From Vitrella brassicaformis CCMP3155 (lineage: Eukaryota > Protista > Chromerida), in NCBI GenBank assembly GCA_001179505.1, contig CDMY01000496.1, forward strand, positions 1-64,000: 64,000 nucleotides of DNA, read 5' to 3'. Made by a program: the position numbers and the translations under genes. The notes beneath the pieces are model-generated. The model did no database searches. It was not told where the DNA came from and saw nothing but the letters and a program-made list of their open reading frames with translations. Positions 48,629-59,400 of the stretch are shown here, in pieces; position 1 is the first letter of the stretch; every line of letters starts with the position of its first letter.

Positions 48629-50474
48629 GGTGGTTACGACGGCGGAGGAACCAAACAGGAGGAAGAAGCGACGTGTCGATGGTGCTGATGGAGATCTCCC
48701 CGACAACGATGGAGATCTGCACAAGACCGCCACCTCGCCCCCTCCCGCCCTCCCCCTGCACATCGGCGACGCTGCATCCCCGAGTGCCCATCTCTACGGC
48801 AGCCCTGAGGCGAATGCGCCATCGTACCAGTCGACCAAGCGGCCTCTCACGCCGCCCCTCACCCAATGCTCTGACAGTGAGTGCCTGCTCGTGGATGTCG
48901 TCTTTGAGGCCGTCTGGGCCTTTCCGCACACCGACGTCGTCGAGGAGGTGGTGAGAGAGCCGGGCAGTCTGTTTGTCGGTGACCGGAGATGCCATCTCGA
49001 CAACAGGTGGGCAGAGATCTCTCATTTCTGTCACAGGTTGGGCCACGTGTCTGTGTTGTGTGTTGTGTTTGTTCATTCATCTTTGTGAGCATCGCTGAAG
49101 GGCACTCACTCTTTCTTGATGTGTTTGTTGTGTGCGTCAGGCATGTCGGCTCATCAAGCAGTGGTGCCGCTGACCAGCAGCCAGCCACACCAGACACCAT
49201 CCAATACCAGTAGCCCACCCACACCCACCCCTTCACACACACAACCCTACACACAGCGCGTGGCATACTCGTGTGTATGTGTGTGCGTCAGAGAGGGAAT
49301 CGTTGAAGCTCGGCGGTGAGGGACGCAAGGCTCTGATCAAGAGGCTCAGAGAGTTCCACGAAGGCAGCAAGGACCTCGTGGTGACCTCACCAACCACACT
49401 CAGACGAGGCACTGCTGGCCGGTGTGTGAACTGCCCTCTTGTCTCTCCGGTGGCTTGGTTTGCTGGTTGGGTGCAGGAGGAGACGCTGCTCGATCAAGGT
49501 CTCAAATACGGCGAAATCCGCAACGCCACTCTGCCACAGGTAGACAGACACAGACACAAACACACACATGAGCATCTGTGTGTGTGTCTGTCTGTCTGTC
49601 TGTCTGTCTGTGTGTCTGTCAGCTGCTCAAGATGGCTTACGTGTGTGGTCTGTGGGAGGAGGCCGTGCAGCTGCACCGCGACCGCATGAAGCGATGCACA
49701 CCCAGACCACTGACCCTCCCACCGCCCCCAGGCTGCGGCCTCACCGCACACCAGCGGCCCCCGCCATTCCCCTCCGGCCCCCGCCATTCCCCTCACCCCC
49801 ACTAGTAAGCCCCAGGAACCATGGCCACATCCACTGGTCGCCCGGAACCATCTGAGCGTGCGGGCGCAGTGTGCCTGCAAGCCAACAGGGGATGTCCCCT
49901 CACCACAGGTGCCGCAATCGTCGCACTTGAAGGAGGATCACCCCGGCAGCCGCCTGGCGCACGAGGGCGTCGGGGCACGCCGCGCCTGGTGTTCTCCGAG
50001 AACGTCAAGGACTTCTTCAACAAACACTACCAGATGACGGAGCCGCCCTCCGAGTCGGTGTTGCTGGGCGGTAGCCTGGAGGAGCTGACCAGACCAACCA
50101 CGAAAACCGTCAAGCGGAAACATGTAGGCGCTGAACAAGGGGGGAGAGAGGGCTGCGGGGTCGGACCACTGTTGTCTGTGTGGGTGGCGGCCATCGTGTA
50201 TCGCATCTCTGGAGCAGTCGGCCATTCGTGCGAACCACAGCACTCCCTCGGCTCGGCGGCAGTCGCGTACCAGGAACAGGACGAGGAGCAGGCTGACGTG
50301 CAGTCCATCTTAGCGCCCAAGGCCAAGCAGAAGAAAACGGCCAAGAAGAAGCCAAAGGCGGCAGCACCGAGGGGCTGGGCGAGGGCGAAGGCCAGAAGCC
50401 GAGGCAGGGGAGGAGGGGGAGGAATTGTTGGCGGCATCGACAGCGGCAGCACAGCCGGCGGCGTATTATGGTGA
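48629..50474 (+). CDS. Hypothetical, probably nuclear protein (NLS-like RRKKRR, SAP-like motif, basic C-terminus); 5' end unresolved
   Basis: Exons EEPNRRKKRRVD...VDVVFEAVWAFPHTDV...; LKLGGEGRKALIKRLREF; EETLLDQGLKYGEIRNATLPQ|LLKMAYVCGLWEEAVQLH; ORF 49821-50474 with KAKQKKTAKKKPK. Confidence 0.5.
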
Positions 50475-50999
50475 CGACGATGAGGACATGAGGATGGCAA
50501 GCGATCACGACAAGGCGGATGAGTGAGAGGAGGCGGGTGGTGTAGATAGTCGTGGCTGACTTCTTGATGCATGGACACGTGCGTGACTGACCGCATTCAT
50601 GGGTTGCGTGAATGCGTTCATTCGCAGAGCACAAAAGTCCGCTTCCAAGCGGCGGGCTGCATGCAGGCCGCCTAGGGTATTCCATGAAACCGCTGGGAAG
50701 GGTGCCGTCTCTCTGAACGTACTGAAGGGCACGTCCACAGACAACCTGCCGGCGATGCAGCGCGCCGGCCTCTACTCATAGCCTCTGCTGCTTGCCAGGT
50801 ACGATACGCATCAACAAATACTGCGTGCATGCCTGCTCCCTAGTACAGATCAGATCCCGCCATGTTCCATTACCTTCGTCCCCTCCTCAGGCTGATTAAC
50901 TGTATTGTGGCCATGCCCAGGGAGATCCCCTCCCGGGACGACCCATCCCAGATCATCGTGGTTGATTGACTTATCTCTCTTCCCTTCTTGTGTTTGGCC

Positions 51000-53400
51000 A
51001 TGCCGAACACTCAGAGCTCATCGTGGAGCAGCTGGGAGGTGCCCGCCAGGCCAGTGCCTGAGGACCTCAAGCACCTGCACCAGCTTTATGGCGACTCGGC
51101 CTTCGGCAAGACGCTCGCCAAGTGGGCCCAGGAGATACCTGACGCGGCTGCCATCACGTGGCTCAACGGTGATGGGGAGCCGGCCGAGGTGTTCACATAC
51201 AGCGAGCTCTTCAGCAAGGTGCAGCGGCTCGGCGCCTATCTCACCGAGGATCTGGGATTGGAGATGGGTGACCGGGTGATCCTGTGCTATCCGCCCGGCG
51301 CGGACTTCATCCTCGCCTTCCTCGCATGCCTTTACACGGGCATCGTTGCGGTGCCTGTGTATCCCCCCGCCCCCAACACCACCAACATCGATGTGCCGCG
51401 CTTCTGCGACATCGCCGAGAACGCTGGGGTGCGCTATTCGCTCACCAACACCGCCTACCAGAAGATAGCCCTGGTCGTGGGCACGCTCAGCAAGGACAGC
51501 AGGTGGAGATCTATCGAGTGGATACTCACCAGCGACGCATTCAAGAGGACGGGTGCCGACAAGGGTGGTGACGAGCACGAGACCGTCTACACCCCCCCGT
51601 GCATCGGCCTGAGCGACATCGCGTTGCTGCAGTTCACGTCGGGGTCCACATCGACGCCCAAGGGCGTGATGGTGACGCACGGCTCGCTGCTGCACAACGT
51701 CCACTGCTGCATCACGGCCTACGGCTGGGACAGCAAGATCGACGACCCCACCATCCCCAACATCACAGCGACGGGGCAGCCCTACAGTAGGATGCGCGAG
51801 ATAATGATGCAGCGTCACGAGATCAGCAACCGGGTGCGGGGTCACCGCATGCGGTGCTTCTCGTGGCTTCCCGTCTACCACGACATGGGGCTCATCGGAT
51901 TCCTCTGCACGCCCCTCTTCTTTGGATTTGAAGCTGTCCAGATGTCGCCGCTCGACTTCGTCATGAAGCCGCACCTGTGGCTACAAGGTGCCTGCACAAA
52001 TCCCGAGCCGACCACCGAGTGATGCTCATGTGGTGTTTGTGTGTGGTTTTATTCTCATGGAATAGGCATGAGCCGATACAAGGCTGGCGCGTGCGCGGTC
52101 CCAAATTTTGCCTTCGAGTTGGTGACGCGCAAGATGCCCGACAGCGTGTTTGAGGAGCTGGACCTCAGTCACGTGTCCGGCTTCCTGTGCGGGGCAGAGC
52201 CAATCAGAGGGGCCATTGTAGATAAATTCGTCAAGGTGCGTGTGTGCGCGTGAGTGGGTGCAGGCGGCCAATGATGAATGAAAGAGAACACGATGGCTGT
52301 CTGTTTGTGTCTGTGTTGTTGTCCATTCAGAAATTCGCGAGGAAGGGTGTGACTCGCAGCAAGGTTCTGCCAGCGTATGGGTTGGCCGAGAACACCCTGT
52401 GCGTGTCGGCCCGCAAAGACATTGACAGCGAGCCGTTCATCATCAGTGTCAACGCCGAGAAATTGAGAAACCAAGTACAAGAACAAACACATAGCAGACA
52501 TCCGTTGCACACATCTGCGTGCGTGTGGCCAGGGTGTGGTTGAGTTGGTGGATGAAGCTGACATGGATGGCAGTCATGAGGGCGAGTACCAGCGGCTCGT
52601 CGGATGTGGCGTACCCCTCTCTGGAATAGACGGTACACACACCACTGACCGACGATATCGATCACGAGATAGGCATAGTTGTACCGCCTGCTTCGTTCAG
52701 TTCGCATTGTTGACTCCGAAGCGATGAAGGAGCTGCCGGAGGGCCAATGTGGTGAGGTGTGGGTCATGTCTGGCAGCACGGCCCGCGGCTATTTCAACCA
52801 GCCCGACGAGGCGCAGGAGTCGTTCCACGGGCAGTGCATCTACCTGACAGGCGACAAGTCGGAGCCCTTGTACCTGCGGACAGGTGACATGGGCTTTTTC
52901 TACAAGGGAGAGCTCTTCATCGCCGGGCGCATCGAGGACATGATCATCGTCAATGGTCGCAACTTCTTCCCGCAGGTCATCGAGGAGGCCGCAGAGAGCT
53001 GCGAGTCGGTCCGCAAGGGGTGCGTGGCGGCCTTCTCGCTGGAGGTGGATGATCAGGAGCGGCTGGGGCTGGCGGTCGAAATCAAGATGGAGGAGGGGAG
53101 CGGCTTTTCGATGATCTGGGGACGGCTGTCGCAGCTGCGGCAGGCGTTCACCAGCACGGAGTACAAGGCGATTAGTCGCGAGATATGCAAGGTCGTCTCG
53201 GTCAAGATCGGACTTCCCGTCTTCCACATATGGCTGCTCAGACCAAGAACCATTCCAAAGACGACAGCAGGTACATGTATGTGACATACACACATGCCGA
53301 CGGAGAATGTCACATTCATCTATTGTTGTCCATCTTTCTTCCCTGTCAGGCAAGGTTCGGCGCTCCAAGACGCGTGAGGTTCTCCTTGACAACAAGGACC
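51000..53400 (+). other. PKS domain: fatty acyl-AMP ligase (FAAL) loading domain
   Basis: YPPGADFILAFLACLYTGIVAVPVYPP, FTSGST, WLPVYHDMGLIG, GAEPI, GRIEDMIIVNGRNFFPQ; five introns. Confidence 0.9.
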
Positions 53401-56400
53401 TGGCAGGTCTCATCTGGGATGAGGTCGTGGGGGAACCCGATGCGGACAAGAAGGAGGTGTCCGCAGCTGCTCGAGAGAGGCCGCCCGTCGCTCCCTTTGC
53501 GACACGAAAGGCAGCACGGCACGGCGACGGGAAGGACAAGGGCCTTTCAGTCGCACAGAGGAGGGTCCAGTCTGCAGTGATGGCGTCGGCGGGCAAGATC
53601 TTGGACACCGACGTATGCGACTTCGACACGCCCCTGCACAAGCTGGGTGTCGACTCCATCAGGGCGCTGGAGTTCGCCGAGGACGTGTCGAGGGAGCTGT
53701 CAATGACTCTCGAGCCGGCGTTCGTCTTCAACCAGCCAACTATGAATGACATCATCGACTTCCTTGTCGGGGAGCTCGAGGGCCGGGCCGCCGAGGAGCC
53801 CGCCAAGGAAGCCACACTCGCGAGCGGCATCCGGGCAGACGAGCCGATCGCCATCGCTGGGGCGGCGTGTCGGCTGCCCGGCGGAGTGACAACCCTTGCA
53901 TCCTTCTGGGAGCTGCTTAGCACCCGCCGTGATGCGATAGTGGAGGTGCCGCTGACCCGCTGGAACATCGACGAGGTCTATGACGCCGACCGTGACATGG
54001 ATGGCAAGATGTACATCAGAGAGGGAGGCTTCATCGACGACGCAGAGATGTTCGACAACGCCTTCTTCAACATCGGCCCCGCTGAGGTCAGCTGCATGGA
54101 CCCCCAGCAGCGGCTGATGCTTGAAGTGGGCTACGAGGCCTTCCACAGCGCGGGCCTCAGCCGCGAGAAGCTCATTGGTCAGGACATGGCCGTGCTCATC
54201 GGGTGCTGCTCCTTTGACTGGTACGACGTATACAACCAGACTGGCCTCAGCGTGAGCAGCTACAGCGCGACCGGAGTCGCCGCATCAATCCTCTCCAACC
54301 GCATCTCCTACATCCTCGGTCTCAAGGGCCCCTCCATGACCATCGACACGGCATGCTCATCTTCATTGGTGGCCATGGACGTGGCGGTCAAGGACATGCG
54401 CATGGGGGTGTGCCGCGGTGCCCTGGTGGGAGGCGTCAACATGATGCTCAATTCACAAGTCACGGTGGCGTTGTGCAAGGCACGCATGATGGCGCCAGAC
54501 GCCAGATGCAAGACGTTTGACGCCAAGGCCAACGGCTACGTGAGGGGCGAGGGTGGGGTTGCTATCATCCTCAAACAACTCTCAGACGCATCACCCGACC
54601 TGGTCGGCGTGTTGGCCTGTCTGAGAGGCACAGCTGTCAACCACGGAGGGAAGACAGCCAGCCTGACAGCGCCAAGCGGTCCAGCCCAGCAGCAGGTCAT
54701 CAGGTCGGCGCTGCACCAGGCCGGCCTCCAGCCATCATCAATCGACTTCGTGGAGTCGCACGGCTCGGGCACGTCACTTGGCGATCCAATCGAGGTGAAT
54801 GCGATCAAGGCCGTGTTCGCCGGCGGGCGAGACTCGAAACTCCCTCTCCTGCTGGGCGCCCTCAAGACCAACATCGGGCATCTGGAGGGAGCCGCGGGTA
54901 TTGCGGGGGTCCTAAAGGCCGTACTCGTGCTGCAGATGAAGCAGGCGCCCCCCAATCTCCACTTCAACTCACTCAACCTGTACATCGACACCGAGGGCTT
55001 CCCGGTGGTCTTCCCCACCGAGCCCGTGCCGCTCGTCTCTGGCCTGCCCGCCAAGGACCGCATGGTCGGCGGCGTCAGCTCCTTCGGCTTCGGGGGCACG
55101 AGTGCACATGTCATCCTCGAGGAGGTGCCACTAGGTCTGACTCGCCAGTCCGAGGCTATCATGGAGCTGACCAAGTCAGGTGTCAGCCTCACGATCGAGA
55201 CGTGCCTCGCCAAGCTCAAGGGCACTCACCAGTGGAACCACCGGAGCTTTCCGTGGGTCGAGGCGGCCCATCCTGCGCTCGGTCGCCGGCACACGACCCC
55301 GACCGGCCTGACCTTCGAAGCCACCCTGCGACAAGACCTCAAGGCGCTCATCCAGGACCACGTCGTCCTCGGTCAGACACACACACCTCCTTGCTGCTTG
55401 AAAAACACATCATGTGGCTGGCTGTGTTTCTATGTCTTGATTTGTACACAGGCGTGCCTCTGATGCCCGGCGCAGGGTTCATTGACATTATGGCCGGTGC
55501 AGGCCTGGCGGCTGCGCAGGCGGAGAGGGGCGCCAAGACGTCATCGGCGGAGGAGCTGGTACATCTGGAGGAGGTGTCGTTCGAGCGGCCGCTCATGCTG
55601 GCCAAAGCTGACGACAAACAGCCTGAGCTGGCGAAGATGCCCACCCTCCGTGTCACCGTCGAGAAGCAGGCGACCACCGATACCGACGCTGCCATGCCCC
55701 CCATGGCCGTCGAGATCTCCACACGGGCGCCAGGCGAGGAGGACTTCGTGCCGCATGCCACCGCCCGTTTGGTGAAGGTCGCGGGTGCGGGGGACGGCGA
55801 GAGAGACCTGGTGGAGGATCTCACGGCCCTCAAACACCGGTGCAACAAGGTCGCCCCAGTTACAGACTTCTACACGCAGCTCAAGGAGATCGGTGTGGCG
55901 TACGGTCCGAGGTTCCAGACGGTGAGGGAGCTGTTGGTGTCGGACGACCAGGCTCTGGCCCTGCTCAAGCTCGACCCGCCCATCAAGCCATTCGAGGGAG
56001 GCTTCCGGCTGCATCCCGCCATCCTAGACGGTGCGCTGCAGTCAGCCGCTGCGGTACTCGCGGCCGATCAGTCCGGCAAGGGGAATACCAAGGCACTTCT
56101 GGTGCCNNNNNNNNNNNNNNNNNNNNNNNNNNNNNNNNNNNNNNNNNNNNNNNNNNNNNNNNNNNNNNNNNNNNNNNNNNNNNNNNNNNNNNNNNNNNNN
56201 NNNNNNNNNNNNNNNNNNNNNNNNNNNNNNNNNNNNNNNNNNNNNNNNNNNNNNNNNNNNNNNNNNNNNNNNNNNNNNNNNNNNNNNNNNNNNNNNNNNN
56301 NNNNNNNNNNNNNNNNNNNNNNNNNNNNNNNNNNNNNNNNNNNNNNNNNNNNNNNNNNNNNNNNNNNNNNNNNNNNNNNNNNNNNNNNNNNNNNNNNNNN

Positions 56401-59400
56401 NNNNNNCGCGCCTAGTGTCAAGGAAGATATCGACACGTTGCTCGCGGAGGGACGAGGGGAGACGGTCATGTGTCTGCTTGGACTGAGCTCGGACGTTGAT
56501 GCGCAGCACGTTCTCCTCGGGGCCATGCAAGTGGCAGCAGCCCTCATTGGCGGCGACTCGGGCTCGCAACACAACAGCGGTGCCCTCTTCTTCACGTCCA
56601 GCATCCACAGGATGCACGCCCGTGATCCCGTCGAGGGGCGACCGGTCCATGCGGGCATCTGGGGCATGCTGCGAACCGCGAGGCTCGAGCTCACAAATCA
56701 GAGGCTCGAGCGGCAGGATGCAGCTCGCCTCGTGACTGTGGATTTGGACGGACCAAGCTCGGCAAGATGGGAGGACCAGCTGCTCGGCGTCGCGGCCAAC
56801 TCATCACGGCTCAGAACTGAGGAAGAGACGGAAATTGCCGTGCGCGCCGACGTTATCTACGCGCATCGACTGATTAAGAGCTCCCTTGTGGCGCGAGGGC
56901 CCGTTGAGCTGGAGCTGTCCGGGAGAGGATCGCTGAAGAGCATGATGAAGTTGCGCGCTCAAGAGCCTGAGGATCGGAGAGAGCTCGCGCCTGGAGAGAT
57001 GGAGATCCGCGTGAGGGCTGCGGGACTCAACTTCCGGGACCTTCTTCTGGTGCTAGGCGCTTGTGCAGCTGCTGAAAGAGTGTGGGTCGATGCCGGAGGG
57101 GAGTGCAGTGGGACCGTCACGCGTGTGAACGGCGATCCATCTGATGCCGTGTTCAAAGTGGGGGATGAGGTGTATGGCGTAGTCAGTGGGTGCCTCAAGA
57201 CCTACGTCACGACCAGAGCCGCTGGGCCAGTGGTCCTGAAGCCGCCCAACATATCCTTCGGTGCAGCTGCTGGGCTGCCGCTTATCGTCGGCACGGTGGA
57301 GGTCTGCCTTCGAGACATCGCACACGTGAAAGCTGGCGACCGTGTGCTGATCCACGCTGCGACAGGTGGAGTTGGATTGACCGCCGTGCAGCACTGCATC
57401 AGGGCAGGAGCCATCGTCTACGCGACGGCCGGCAGCGACCGCAAGAGGACTCTCCTGCGACATCTAGGCGTCCAGTACACCACAAGCTCAAGAGACCCGC
57501 ATCGCTTCCAGTCGCACATGCAATCGTTCCTGGGAAACGAAGATCGGCTGGATGTCGTCTTGAACTGCCTCAGCGGTCACTTCATCGGCTTCTCTTTGGC
57601 GCTACTGCGTCCCGGTGGATGGTTCGTCGAGATCGGCAGGCGAGGCATCTGGAGCCGGGAGAAGATGGCTGAAGAGCGCGCCGACGTCAACTACGAAGCT
57701 ATTGCTCTCGACGTCATGATCCGTGACGACCCTGTGTGGTTCCGCGGCATGCTGACCCGCATCAACTGCATGGTCGCGACGGACCAGCTCACCCCTCCTC
57801 CCCTTCACGCCTTCGATCTCAGCGACGAGCACGAAGGGGGCTCAGCAGCGTTCACCTTCATGCGGCGAGCGCTCCACATCGGCAAGATTGTCCTCACCGT
57901 GCCCTCTGCTCCGGGGCTCGAGGTGATCGCGGCACGAACGACGGAGAAGCGTTCACGGAGCTGCCCTTATGCGTACGTGATCACTGGCGGTCTTGGCGGC
58001 CTTGGTCTCGTGGTGGCTGCATGGCTGATCGAGCATGGGGCCAGGAGCATCATCCTTGCATCGCGACGAGGCCAACCTACTCAGGAGATGCAGGAGAGCA
58101 AAGAATGGCAGCGGCTCACGACCGTCATGCGGAGGGCCGAAGCGACGGAGGGGTCGTCCATCACTCTGCGCGCAGCCAAGTGTGACGTGAGCTCCATCGA
58201 GGACTGCCGCGCCCTGATCACGCAAGTCCAAGAGGAGGGACTGGTGCCCAAGGCGATCCTGCATGCTGCTGGCACATTGAGTGACGCAGGCATCGGCAAT
58301 CAGACGCTCGAGACCATAGCGGATGTCTACGGCCCCAAAGTCCAGGGCGCCTGGGCCTTCCACGACCTACTCATTGAGAGCGGCGTGCAGGCCGACACCT
58401 TCCTGGTCTTCTCGTCCATTGCTGGNNNNNNNNNNNNNNNNNNNNNNNNNNNNNNNNNNNNNNNNNNNNNNNNNNNNNNNNNNNNNNNNNNNNNNNNNNN
58501 NNNNNNNNNNNNNNNNNNNNNNNNNNNNNNNNNNNNNNNNNNNNNNNNNNNNNNNNNNNNNNNNNNNNNNNNNNNNNNNNNNNNNNNNNNNNNNNNNNNN
58601 NNNNNNNNNNNNNNNNNNNNNNNNNNNNNNNNNNNNNNNNNNNNNNNNNNNNNNNNNNNNNNNNNNNNNNNNNNNNNNNNNNNNNNNNNNNNNNNNNNNN
58701 NNNNNNNNNNNNNNNNNNNNNNNNNGCTGGTCTGCTGGGCAACTTCGGCCAATCGAACCATGCAGCAGCAAACGCATGCCTCGACGCTCTGGTGACATAC
58801 CGACGATCCCAGGGCCTCGCGGGCTCCAGCATCCAGTGGGGCGCCTGGACAGAGCAAGGCAAGGCGGCACAGCTCGTCACTCAACGACAGCTCGAGAAGA
58901 TGGGCTTCGCTGCCGTCACCAATGACATCGGCCTTCGGAGCCTCTGGGCCGTCCAGGCTCACATCGCAACCATCGACGTCATCGGCTGCCAGCCCATTCG
59001 TTTCGAGACCTACTTCCGTGTCATCCCCCGCACGCCCTTCTTCTCCCGTTTGGAGGTCAAGGAAGCCAGGTCTAAGGCTGGCGGACCTTTCTTGGCTCGC
59101 ACAGCTCTTTGTGAAGAGGGCTGGGCCCCGTTGGAGGATCCCGTCAGCCGCGAGGCAATGAGAACGGCTCTGGACAGTGTGGGGGTCCTGCTCACTCACG
59201 GGGCCGCGGAGCTGTATGATGCTCTTCGGCAAGAGGAAGGCCTCAAGCATGTGGAAGTGTGTTCGAGCGTGGAGGCACTGGCAAATGCAGCGAGGCGTCT
59301 CCGTGACACACCAGGAGGGGTCGTTCTAGTGCATCGATGTCGTGATCATGCGGAGGATGCAGCGCATCAGAGGGAGCAGCTTTGCGCTTCTATGAAGGCG

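Noticed and set aside
8640-49622. Regularly spaced repeats suggestive of CRISPR or satellite arrays
   Set aside because: They are intronic microsatellites ((GACA)n, (CA)n, (GGAT)n) in a eukaryote, with no repeat-spacer structure and no cas genes.
51018-59250. Long minus-strand ORFs over the PKS (51018-51974, 52697-53968, 54536-55225, 58327-59250)
   Set aside because: Antisense shadows caused by high GC3 in the PKS; no independent motifs.
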